Source: a virus. Taken from it: a stretch of 64,000 nt of DNA. A program made the position numbers and the translations under genes. Of this stretch, positions 55,801 to 64,000 are shown piece after piece; the first letter of the stretch is position 1; every line of letters begins with the position of its first letter. The notes under the pieces were generated by a model. That model ran no database searches, was not told the origin of the DNA, and saw only the letters and a list, made by a program, of their open reading frames with translations. The DNA lies in IMG/VR virus record IMGVR_UViG_2912865023_000006, positions 3,291-67,290 of that record, one strand, 5' to 3'.

Positions 55801-56796
55801 CTAAAGTACGGGAATTCCCGAACCCAAACGTAAAGTATTTCTCACGACCTCCGCACGATCATACACGTCTCGCAACGCTTCTGTACCGCGCTTTATAAGT
55901 AGTTCATCAGCGTCTTTCACCTCCGTAATATAACCGTGCGCAAGCCGCACCTTTCCGCTCAAATAACGCTCAATCTCCCGCCGTAACTTTTCGCCAGCTT
56001 TGTCGTTATCTGTAACCACCGTTAAATATTCGATAGGTGACTGCGCAATTATGTCCGCCTTCTGTAAATTAAATGTGCTGCCGCCTGTTCCGATCGCCGG
56101 TATGTCCGCAGACCGCCACGCCATGGCATCGATTTCCGCCTCGCATATCACCGCGCTTTTAATCCGCTGCGCATATACGAGATCCATTCCGTAAACTAAA
56201 TACCGGATAGGCAAGCCGCCTTTTACGTACCAGAACGCCTTCCCCTTCGTTGCCCTATACTTAACGTTTGCCAGCCGGCCGTTAGGAAGCCGCCAAGGGA
56301 TCGCGACTGCGTTACCGGCAAGTGATACGCCGGCCTCTTCTTGTACTGCGGTCGCAATGCCCCGGCCCGTCAGGTAAGCGTTAGCCCCTGGCGCCGTGTC
56401 CGCGAGGACCGATTCCGCTAAAGGCTCCGGCTTCGTGACGGCTTTTAATTTCGGGAGCCGCAGCGCCATACGTCCGCCTTCAGCCGCCGGTGCATACGTT
56501 TCCAATAAGTAATCGATTGCGTCGTCTTCGGTTTCGCCGCGCAGGAAAGCGAGCAGTTTAACGAACCCGCCCCGCGCAAACTCTTCGTCATAGGCGCCTG
56601 AGTCGCCCCAATAGCCGGCTTTTGCCGACACTGTGTCTTCGAGGTATACGTAAAAGCTCGGAGTCCGATCGTATCTGAATGGACTGGCGGCCAGCAGGCG
56701 TTCGCCGCCCCACGTCGGCCGGGTCCAGTCGAATTGTTCGAGTTCATACCGAATGTCGACGTCTACAGAACGTCCACCCAAATTTAATATCGGCAA
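55801..56796 (-). CDS. DNA primase (Toprim)
   Basis: VICEAEIDAM, VVTDNDKAG, KDADELL. Confidence 0.9.
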   Translation of the reverse strand: MPILNLGGRSVDVDIRYELEQFDWTRPTWGGERLLAASPFRYDRTPSFYVYLEDTVSAKAGYWGDSGAYDEEFARGGFVKLLAFLRGETEDDAIDYLLETYAPAAEGGRMALRLPKLKAVTKPEPLAESVLADTAPGANAYLTGRGIATAVQEEAGVSLAGNAVAIPWRLPNGRLANVKYRATKGKAFWYVKGGLPIRYLVYGMDLVYAQRIKSAVICEAEIDAMAWRSADIPAIGTGGSTFNLQKADIIAQSPIEYLTVVTDNDKAGEKLRREIERYLSGKVRLAHGYITEVKDADELLIKRGTEALRDVYDRAEVVRNTLRLGSGIPVL

Positions 56797-56930
56797 TTCG
56801 AGACACTTCCTTTCGAGACTTGTAAATTATATTACGACATTGTTACGAAAATTACAGTCGCAATTTGTCGAAACTATTCAAAAATTTAGATGTAATTGTT
56901 GACAATATCATCCGGTAAATTCCAAACGAT

Positions 56931-58328
56931 CTAAAACTCGAACACGTCCGCAGCCCCGGCGCCCATTTCCGGCTGTTTTACTACGCCGATTTGCGGCAAA
57001 TAGATGATCTCTGCGACTTCCCCTTCGCCGCCGTCGCGCCCTTTGTTCAATCCGATCAAGCCGCGGCCTTCTTTCGCGTTCGTATCAACTGCGATCAATA
57101 ACGCAGCATCTTCGAGCAGGGCTTTCGTTTTCTTGACGTCCTTACGCTGCGGCAGCTTAAGCTCGCGCGCTCCGTCTTCCGTTTCTTTCTCGTCATCCTC
57201 ATCTGCCTGTGTGAGCGCAAAGATCGTCGTTTTCGTATGCCCGGCCAGACGGCGCAGTTTTTGCGAAGTATTAGCCGCGTCTCCGCCTGCCGTCTTTGAC
57301 GTATTGGCTTCGTAGTCGAGGTAATAAAACGGATCTACAAGCACGACGTCGGCTTTCGTTTCGATAATGTCCGATTTTAGATCGCGCAGGGTTCTTGAGC
57401 CGAAGTCTTCGTCGTCGACAGCTCGCACCGTAATGTTTCCCGGAATGATTTCGTTAAGACGATCAAGGAATTCCATAAAACCCGCCTCGAACTCGTCGGA
57501 TAGTTTGCCCTGACGTACGTCGCGAGAATTGAAGCCGGCTTCCATATCGACGCCGTCCAAAGTCGCAGTCGTAACGCCCATGGTTCCGGAAATCGATACG
57601 TACAGACGCACCAACACTTCGTACCAGCCCATTTCCATCGACCAAATCAGAACGTTCGCCCCCTGCATCGCACAGTTAGTGACCTCTTCTAACGATACGG
57701 CCGATTTACCCCGGCCCGACTTTCCGTAGATCACGTACACGTTCGACGAAACGTAGCCGCCCATTGCCTTATTAACAAAATCGAATTTGCTGCGCCAGAT
57801 CCGAAAGGACTCGCCGGCCTTACGGTTTTCATATTCCGCTTTAAACTTGTCGATGTCCCGTTTGATATCCGTCCCGACCGAATTTCGAACGTTTGTTCTC
57901 ATTTTAAGACTTTCGGCCTGCCCCGTCAACCACTCGAAGAATTTTCCCATATCTCCGCTTTTTTGCGCTTCAATAAATCGTTTTTCGAGCTGCGGCTCCT
58001 GAACTTGGCGATTGGTTTCCGGATCAATACGTCCGTTCATCAGCTCGATAAATTCGCGCTCGGCTGCCCGGTCCTTGAGGTTTTTCGCAAGGTAATCGTA
58101 ACTGGCTTCGATACTAAAATCCGGCTGGAATTCCGGTACCTCATTCGCAACCATCTCGGCAGTCGGCGCTTGGCCTCGGTGTTTCTCCGCGTAATCCATT
58201 ACGTACCGGAAGGCCTTGCGTTCGCCCTGCGTTTGGAAGTCGGCTTCAGAAACGTTGAAGCGCAGCAAGGCGTTCGGATCGTTCGCTTCGATGGCTTTCG
58301 ATATTAGAAAAGTTCCATACTGCATCAA
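56931..58328 (-). CDS. DnaB-like replicative helicase
   Basis: GKSGRGKS, IWSMEM, VLVDPFY, ALTQ, NKGRDG. Confidence 0.92.
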   Translation of the reverse strand: MMQYGTFLISKAIEANDPNALLRFNVSEADFQTQGERKAFRYVMDYAEKHRGQAPTAEMVANEVPEFQPDFSIEASYDYLAKNLKDRAAEREFIELMNGRIDPETNRQVQEPQLEKRFIEAQKSGDMGKFFEWLTGQAESLKMRTNVRNSVGTDIKRDIDKFKAEYENRKAGESFRIWRSKFDFVNKAMGGYVSSNVYVIYGKSGRGKSAVSLEEVTNCAMQGANVLIWSMEMGWYEVLVRLYVSISGTMGVTTATLDGVDMEAGFNSRDVRQGKLSDEFEAGFMEFLDRLNEIIPGNITVRAVDDEDFGSRTLRDLKSDIIETKADVVLVDPFYYLDYEANTSKTAGGDAANTSQKLRRLAGHTKTTIFALTQADEDDEKETEDGARELKLPQRKDVKKTKALLEDAALLIAVDTNAKEGRGLIGLNKGRDGGEGEVAEIIYLPQIGVVKQPEMGAGAADVFEF

Positions 58329-58369
58329 GATCTCCTCCGTTTCTTTTCTTGAATTTTGATGTTACGTTC

Positions 58370-59071
58370 TTATACAAACTTTGGAAGCGGAAACAGAAGT
58401 CCTGTTCTTTCTCTCCACAGTTCAATAGAACTTCTCTGGTCAGCCTTAACCTCTACTAAATCCCTTGGGTTTTCATAGCACCACGTCACGTACTTTTCGA
58501 ATTCACTAGGCGTTAAACCGTTTATTAATGCCAGATCACTGGCAACGTTATCGAATTTTTTCTGAGCCTCCTCACATAAAGATTTAGCCCACTCAAAAGG
58601 ATTAATAGCGCCTTTATAACTATTAAGATCTCTGCTCAGAAAGACTAAATTTCCAACATACGTTCCACCGTGCCCCACGCCTATCGCGATGAAGTGATCT
58701 ACGACAACATCTTCCTTAGTGCCGCTTATCTGACAGGATATAATTTTTTTCGATCTTTCTTCAAATGTTTTAACCCTAATCTTCATTGGCAGGGATCGCT
58801 CTAAGCCATTTCTTATTTCTCTTTTTCGGGCTATCACATTCTTATTTCTTCTGTAATGATCTTTTCGGTAGTTTGGATTACGTTTATAAAAAGCTCTTGA
58901 GATAGGTTTAATACATTCTTTGCACCTAGAGACCCTGCCCATAAAACCGTTATTCTGACGCGAAAAAGATTCAAGAGACTTCATCTCTTTACATGCGTTG
59001 CAAATCCTACAAACACAAGCGACTCCATCCGTGTCGACATAAATAATCACTTTAGGAGTCCTACCTCTCAT
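58370..59071 (-). CDS. Free-standing HNH endonuclease with N-terminal Cys-rich finger
   Basis: CNAC...CKEC; VVVDHFIAI...GNLVFLSRDLNSYK; AT-rich. Confidence 0.75.
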   Translation of the reverse strand: MRGRTPKVIIYVDTDGVACVCRICNACKEMKSLESFSRQNNGFMGRVSRCKECIKPISRAFYKRNPNYRKDHYRRNKNVIARKREIRNGLERSLPMKIRVKTFEERSKKIISCQISGTKEDVVVDHFIAIGVGHGGTYVGNLVFLSRDLNSYKGAINPFEWAKSLCEEAQKKFDNVASDLALINGLTPSEFEKYVTWCYENPRDLVEVKADQRSSIELWRERTGLLFPLPKFV

Positions 59072-59595
59072 TCGCTCGCCTCCCGTCTCAATTTCGCCAT
59101 TACACCGTCAGCCTTCGCTTTATACTCCGCATCCCCAAACGTCTCGTATAGGCGCATGTTATCGTTGTATTCGTCCAGCAACTCGTCAGTCTTCCGTTTG
59201 CGTTTCGCAACTTCCTGCGCACTTAATACCCGCGCCGTCTTCGGCGTTTCCTTCGGCCCTTTCGCCCTCCCAACCGCCTCCTTTTTCGCGTAGCCTATTC
59301 CGAAAGAATAATCATCCGCAAAATGAAACGCCGCGCCCGACGGCTCCGGATAATTCGTCTCGTCGTACTCTAAAAGGTAATCTTCCGCGAACTGTTTCCG
59401 ACATACTAGCCGCAGATCCGTTTCGAACGCGTCGAGGAATTCACCGTTTATGGCGTCGGTCAGCTCGAACTCGACGTATTCACTTACGCCCCACTCATCG
59501 GTTTCCTTTACTTCGCGCCAAGCCTCGACGTAGAATATCCGATTTTCGTACCCGGCAACCGAGACGATATCTCCGAAGGTGAATTCCGTTTTCAT
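59068..59595 (-). CDS. Hypothetical protein (SH3-like N-terminus, IDEAL-like C-terminus)
   Basis: FGDIVSV...; DELLDEYND...FGDAEY. Confidence 0.7.
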   Translation of the reverse strand: MKTEFTFGDIVSVAGYENRIFYVEAWREVKETDEWGVSEYVEFELTDAINGEFLDAFETDLRLVCRKQFAEDYLLEYDETNYPEPSGAAFHFADDYSFGIGYAKKEAVGRAKGPKETPKTARVLSAQEVAKRKRKTDELLDEYNDNMRLYETFGDAEYKAKADGVMAKLRREASE

Positions 59596-60371
59596 CTACG
59601 CATCCCCCTTTTCGATTCGCCTACGAATTCAATCTCGCGGCATAGGTCGCCCACCCGATCGGCAAGACGTCGCTCACCGAATACTTGCCAAAGCTGATCG
59701 AGCGCAATGTTGCTCGTGTAGATCGTCGGTAGCTGATTCGTTATTCTTGCGTTAATAACGGTATGCAAATCGCCGCGGAAGCCGTCCGTTGCATCGCGTA
59801 CCCCTATATCGTCCAGCACGGCAAATGGCGCCTTCTTTGCGGCCTCAAGCGCGCGATAGTACCGGGCCGCCGCCGGCTCTGCAACGGAATCCGGAACACG
59901 TGGACGGTTGAATTCGTTATAGTCGTTCTGCCACGCATTTACGTCGAGGAAATACGCCGGCCGCTGCAACGGATCGAGGCCACGCCGCAGGGAGCCGCTA
60001 TAATTGACGCGCAGCCATTCGTTAAGAAGTGCGGCGGCCGTCGTCGTCTTTCCGGTGCCCGGCGATTCGCTGAACAGATATAGGTCTTTGATGCGGTCGG
60101 CCGGCGCAACTGGTCCGCTCTGTTCGAACTGCCGCGCAAAGGATGCCGCATAAGTTTCGGCGGACTTATAAGCTTCGGCTTGGTCAGCGCGCGCCGGCGA
60201 ATTCTTCAGCGTGACAAGCCGGTACTCTTTCGGAAGCCCTGCCGCCGCTGATCGTCCTCCTCCGCCCGATGCGCCGTGCATCGCGATAAAATGCGTACAG
60301 TGCCGCGTACATGCGTCGGTCCCGGCCGCTTTACATCCGTCAGCGAGTACGCAAGTATTTTCGTTAGTCAT
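59592..60371 (-). CDS. DnaC/IstB-like helicase loader ATPase
   Basis: PGTGKT Walker A, AVLDDIG Walker B, TIYTSN; start moved to MTNENTC. Confidence 0.9.
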   Translation of the reverse strand: MTNENTCVLADGCKAAGTDACTRHCTHFIAMHGASGGGGRSAAAGLPKEYRLVTLKNSPARADQAEAYKSAETYAASFARQFEQSGPVAPADRIKDLYLFSESPGTGKTTTAAALLNEWLRVNYSGSLRRGLDPLQRPAYFLDVNAWQNDYNEFNRPRVPDSVAEPAAARYYRALEAAKKAPFAVLDDIGVRDATDGFRGDLHTVINARITNQLPTIYTSNIALDQLWQVFGERRLADRVGDLCREIEFVGESKRGMRR

Positions 60372-60543
60372 ATTCGCGGACCTCCTTCCGATCAATTCGT
60401 TTTCTTATCGTTCTCTCATGCTTCGTGCGCATCCGCTTATCCGCGCCCTTCACTCGGGGCTCCGGAAACATGGCGTCGTAAGTCCAATCGTACCCGCTAT
60501 ACTTTTTAAACACCGTTGTTTTCAAGCGTCTATGGTACGTCAC
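60364..60543 (-). CDS. Hypothetical basic 59-aa protein
   Basis: AAAGGAGG RBS, GTG start. Confidence 0.6.
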   Translation of the reverse strand: MTYHRRLKTTVFKKYSGYDWTYDAMFPEPRVKGADKRMRTKHERTIRKRIDRKEVREYD

Positions 60544-60560
60544 TCACGCGCCTCCTTTCG

Positions 60561-60713
60561 TTAATTCTTTCGCAGGGTAAACTCCGCTCTAACCTTCTGA
60601 TCCCACGAGTTACATATGAATTTTCCGCCAGTAGCCGTGTAACCCTTTCGATTTAACCACTCGACCATAGCTTCGACTATTTCCGCCTGACTCATCGTAT
60701 ATTTTACGTTCAT
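60561..60713 (-). CDS. Hypothetical 50-aa protein
   Basis: GAGGTG RBS; MNVKYTMSQAEIVEAM. Confidence 0.6.
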   Translation of the reverse strand: MNVKYTMSQAEIVEAMVEWLNRKGYTATGGKFICNSWDQKVRAEFTLRKN

Positions 60714-61765
60714 TCGCACACCTCTTCGCGTGAGTCGTCGATAATCGTTAGGTCAGCGTTATCTATAAAATCGTAACCTCCGCCGACATATCGGTATTTA
60801 CCATCCGCAATTTCTCTAATCTTTGCTTCGTAACTGTCATCGCCGAGTTCGCCTTCACGGCATAACTGGTAGTAGTAATCCGCGTACTTGCCGCGAACAA
60901 CGTCCCCCACACGAACCTCAGTCGGCTGCGGAGCGTTCAAGTATTCGTCTGGCACCGTCAGGCCTAGCGCACGTCTTAGCGCGATCGCACGACCAATATG
61001 AACGTTGAAGCAGTCGGACGGTGCGGCTTTGGCGATTCCTCGCGCTACGATTTGACCATCCGCTATCCACCGTAAAATTGTGACTACGGTTCTTTTCTCG
61101 CAATTTACGATAAATTCCGCTTTCGTATTCCGTCCATAAGCGTAGTAGTAACCGTATTTATTCGCCAGTTTCTCAACGTCCGCCTTCGCCTGCTCAACGA
61201 TTTCATCACGGCGGGCTTGGGTGCTCTTCTTGGAATTCATTCCCGCCAACTTTCGATGAGCTTGTTTAGCCGCTCGGAATCCTGCTTGGAACATACGCTT
61301 TTTTATCGCCTCCATAACTGCTTCTCCATGCGCGTATATCTCACGGTCCCCCATTGCGTTCAAATCGATTTTCATTTCGTCAGCCTCCTCGTTTTTAACT
61401 TCGCTATTGACGATGACTTCGTATTCGGTGTAGTCGATATATTCCGGCATTCCTAAAACTCGTACGCACTTATGGACCGGATCATTTGTGGATTCTGCTA
61501 CGAAAACATCCCCTTTTTCATACGCTTGTTCTTCAATCGGCGCAGCATACGTAATCAACACGCGCTCGCCGGCTTCGGCTGGTCGCTTTTCTGTGACGAT
61601 GATTTCAGCGTCTTCTCTGAGTACGGAATGACAGCCGATGCACTTTGTAAGTAGCGCAATGGAGTTTTCGTGTACAACTTCGAATATCTGACCAATCTTA
61701 TCCGCATACCAAACGCCGTCTACAGACGCTTTCTTAATCCGCGCATACTTTTTCGTTTCAGCCAT
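60710..61765 (-). CDS. Hypothetical multidomain protein
   Basis: Start moved to MAETKKY; GIAKAAPSDCFNVHIGRAIALRRAL motif. Confidence 0.75.
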   Translation of the reverse strand: MAETKKYARIKKASVDGVWYADKIGQIFEVVHENSIALLTKCIGCHSVLREDAEIIVTEKRPAEAGERVLITYAAPIEEQAYEKGDVFVAESTNDPVHKCVRVLGMPEYIDYTEYEVIVNSEVKNEEADEMKIDLNAMGDREIYAHGEAVMEAIKKRMFQAGFRAAKQAHRKLAGMNSKKSTQARRDEIVEQAKADVEKLANKYGYYYAYGRNTKAEFIVNCEKRTVVTILRWIADGQIVARGIAKAAPSDCFNVHIGRAIALRRALGLTVPDEYLNAPQPTEVRVGDVVRGKYADYYYQLCREGELGDDSYEAKIREIADGKYRYVGGGYDFIDNADLTIIDDSREEVCE

Positions 61766-61794
61766 TACGCAATCTCTCCTCGTTTTTGTTTTCG

Positions 61795-62145
61795 TTAGAA
61801 CCACGCATCATCCACGCCTTCATTGCGATCAGCCCGTTTCTGTTCGGCTTGGACTTCCGTAAGCACACGCGATAAGACACTTTCGCGCATATATGAAAAC
61901 ATGAACGCAAAGTTACAGCCCGGATACTTCAGCGTCGGCTTTTTCTCCGCGAAACATTTATCGATGAATCTCCGCGTAACCTCGGCGCCTTGCTCGTCGA
62001 TCATCAGCTTTAGGTTCTTCGCCTCCATGCCGCGATTGTTCGTTACGTAAGGAATTCCGTAAGTTTCTTTGTGCTTGGCGTGTAGGTAACCGATAAAATC
62101 GCGCGTATTCCACTTGGCGACCGGCTTCGTTTCATACGTTGTCAT
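61795..62145 (-). CDS. Hypothetical protein, possibly a replication-initiator C-terminal-domain-like protein
   Basis: Start moved to MTTYETK; helical WNTRDF...VTRRFIDKCF domain upstream of the loader and helicase. Confidence 0.6.
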   Translation of the reverse strand: MTTYETKPVAKWNTRDFIGYLHAKHKETYGIPYVTNNRGMEAKNLKLMIDEQGAEVTRRFIDKCFAEKKPTLKYPGCNFAFMFSYMRESVLSRVLTEVQAEQKRADRNEGVDDAWF

Positions 62146-62470
62146 CGCGCGTTCACTCCTTCGATTTTGATTCCGAGAAGATTGAGCGTGTTGATAACGC
62201 CCTCCCTTTCGCATTCAAGGCTGAACGTAACGCCCCGGGATTGCGCAGCCGTCGATTCATTACGTCGAGTACCGCGCGTTCGACCGTTGAGTGGTACGCT
62301 ACTTCGCGCCACTTTTCCTTTGGCGTCGGGTCGGCGTTCGGGTTCTCCGCAAGCTTCTTCGGCCAATTCGGCGCTTTCGTCGGGTCGGTGAAATAGCGTT
62401 CATTTACGATGATGTTAAGCGTATCGGACGTTAGTTTGTAATCGGGTGAGATCGGGATTTCAATGGCCAT
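62142..62470 (-). pseudogene. Probable out-of-frame fusion of two genes (deletion scar)
   Basis: MAIEIPISPDY frame changes character after about NRRLR, while another frame ends ...VINTLNLLGIKIEGVNAR coupled to the next ATG. Confidence 0.4.
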
Positions 62471-62624
62471 GGTTGGCGTCGCCTCCTTCGTTAATTAGTC
62501 GCTTAACTTTAGTGCGTAGTTCCGGAACGGAAACCGCTAATTCCTCTTGTACTAGCGCGCACGTTTCCGGCTTAATATCGATTAAGGCTTCGAAAATTGT
62601 AGCGAGCTCATAATTCGTAAACAT
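62460..62624 (-). CDS. Hypothetical 54-aa protein
   Basis: GGAAGG RBS; MFTNYELATIFEAL. Confidence 0.5.
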   Translation of the reverse strand: MFTNYELATIFEALIDIKPETCALVQEELAVSVPELRTKVKRLINEGGDANHGH

Positions 62625-62657
62625 ATCGCACATCCTTCCGTTTATTAATAAGACCTA

Positions 62658-62856
62658 GCAATCGTTCGCTTACGCTCACTCTTGCGGATGTTCCTTACCG
62701 CGATAGAATTATTATTTAATAAGTATCTGCGCGAAAAGGTTTTAATTGAGCGCTATTATTTATCTAGTTATTAATGGCTCTAGTTAAAAGATGGTTCTAG
62801 TTAGTGTAAAGTCGAGCCGTGTATGGGTCCGCCGTGTATGGCTCGGCGTCACATGG
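62658..62856. repeat. Origin-like cassette 3: GCCGTGTATGG repeats at 15-bp period, three CTAGTTA repeats and shared motif
   Basis: Repeats at 62816 and 62831, degenerate copy at 62846; motif 62698-62761; inverted TGAGCGTAAGCGAA within 62658-62695. Confidence 0.7.
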
Positions 62857-63276
62857 CTACGTTAATTCCTCCGTATCTCCATCGAATATCGCGAGCTGAC
62901 TGATCGGCATGATCGTATATCTTGCGTTATCCCATCGCTGCGTCTTCGGGTCCCGCGCCTTCTGCTTTACGACTAACGGCCGCTCTTGCCACCGATATTC
63001 GCACAGCGCTTTGATCCGCCTGTTCGCCGCAGCCCGACTGAGATTTAGCGCGCTGGCTATCTGATCTTGCGTCGGGTAACATTCGCCATTAGCGTTCATG
63101 AACGAAGACAGTACGCAAAGAGTCTGCCAACGCTCCGCACCGATGTCTGCGATAAGGCCTTTCTTGACGGCGTCAACGTACATCTTAACGAAGATACGCG
63201 TTTCGGCCTTGCCCGACGTGATGTTGTATTCGGATTGAGATTCGACGGATACGAGCCGCTGATGTTCGTCGGTCAT
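62857..63276 (-). CDS. HTH_36-like replication-initiator N-terminal-domain protein
   Basis: WQTLCVLSSFMNANGECYPTQDQIASALNLSRAAANRRIKAL. Confidence 0.85.
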   Translation of the reverse strand: MTDEHQRLVSVESQSEYNITSGKAETRIFVKMYVDAVKKGLIADIGAERWQTLCVLSSFMNANGECYPTQDQIASALNLSRAAANRRIKALCEYRWQERPLVVKQKARDPKTQRWDNARYTIMPISQLAIFDGDTEELT

Positions 63277-63998
63277 GCCACATCGACTCCTCTCTTCATT
63301 TTTATTTCCTCGGATTTTAGTTCCGATAGAAATGAGTTTACTCGGAAAGCCAACTCAGTGTTTCCGCTTTTCAAAAGCGATGGAACAAACTCGCTAATGT
63401 GTGTAAGAGTTACGCTAGGATGTTCGAAAGTACCTTCGGACTCTTTAGCGAAAATAATCGTAAGATGCTCCGTATGACGAAGATATTTATCGAACGTTTT
63501 GCAAGCACGATTAAATGAGGTATTTTCGCTTAGCTTAGCATCGACCCAATCAGTTTCATTAATAACGAAATCCGGGATGCAGTCATCAATTCGTTTTTGC
63601 TTCTCAACCGATCCGGGATGCAACGCATTAAGAACTTCACCAACAAGCAACTCAAATTCGCGCCCCTTCGTTATATAGAAAGCAGCATAGGATTCGTTAA
63701 CCAGTTCGTAGGGCAATCCCCATTCTCTGCACATTTTCTTTGCGCTATGATCGTAAAATTTACGCAAATAAGTTTCGACGTGCCAAAGCTTATTTGCGTA
63801 AATATACTCGCGTTTCAAACCATACGGAAACTTATCTCTAACGTAAGCATCCAGCGCTTCTTTTTCGATATCTTCAAGGACTTCTTTTCTGTATTCGCGA
63901 AACTTTGTATCCGAAATGTTGTACAACTCTTTTACTTCTCCGGAGATAAATTTGTTCTCGGAGACTTTATAATTGCCGTCGATGAAGAAACATCTTTC
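63273..63998 (-). CDS. PD-(D/E)XK nuclease-domain protein, 5'-truncated by the window edge
   Basis: Frame is open to the window end; GREFELLV...IPDFV...VDAKLS; AT-rich. Confidence 0.6.
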   Translation of the reverse strand, partial: ERCFFIDGNYKVSENKFISGEVKELYNISDTKFREYRKEVLEDIEKEALDAYVRDKFPYGLKREYIYANKLWHVETYLRKFYDHSAKKMCREWGLPYELVNESYAAFYITKGREFELLVGEVLNALHPGSVEKQKRIDDCIPDFVINETDWVDAKLSENTSFNRACKTFDKYLRHTEHLTIIFAKESEGTFEHPSVTLTHISEFVPSLLKSGNTELAFRVNSFLSELKSEEIKMKRGVDVA

Positions 63999-64000
63999 AA

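Noticed and set aside
47171-58328. Inteins in PolA, helicase or primase
   Set aside because: Lengths are normal and no C...HN-(C/S/T) splice signatures were seen.
1-64000. Integrase, att sites, rRNA, host flanking genes
   Set aside because: None seen in the window, so prophage versus free phage cannot be decided here.

Overview
The whole 64 kb is contiguous phage DNA with no recognisable host genes. It is a Bacillus (subtilis-group-like) temperate siphovirus or prophage, almost entirely on the minus strand. From left to right: lysis (partial CwlA-like amidase-LysM, BhlA holin); tail (BppU-like protein, phi29 gp12-like spike, Tal, Dit, 1830-aa tape measure with SLT domain, chaperones, MTP); HK97-type head and cos-type packaging (MCP, Clp protease, portal, TerL, TerS, HNH); an accessory region at about 22-34 kb; nucleotide metabolism (C5-MTase, dNMP kinase, ThyX, dUTPase, NrdIEF with a group I intron and GIY-YIG ORF in nrdE); replication/recombination (RuvC, Cas4-like, DnaQ, PolA, gp32-like SSB, primase, DnaB, DnaC); and an arbitrium aimR-aimP module (predicted peptide DIRVGA) upstream of a phage sigma factor. 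No integrase lies in the window. The most striking observation is absent from the ORF track: a 17-codon gene (31373-31426, minus) with an extended -10, a strong RBS and a terminator, encoding MGMPRGASPLESIVRGA. This contains the exact SPbeta arbitrium peptide GMPRGA plus a second xxxRGA hexapeptide, has no signal peptide, and does not match this phage's own peptide, so it is a candidate intracellular arbitrium mimic acting on other phages. Other highlights: a +1 CCC-UAA frameshift adding FN3-Ig domains to the capsid protein; a -1 tail-chaperone frameshift; three origin-like cassettes with different repeat arrays but a shared motif; a tRNA-like element in a ~450-nt hairpin-rich region; an MTase with an extra N-terminal TRD and an internal start; and an Xre-controlled surface-polymer cassette. 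All calls come from manual reading; no searches or folding programs were run.
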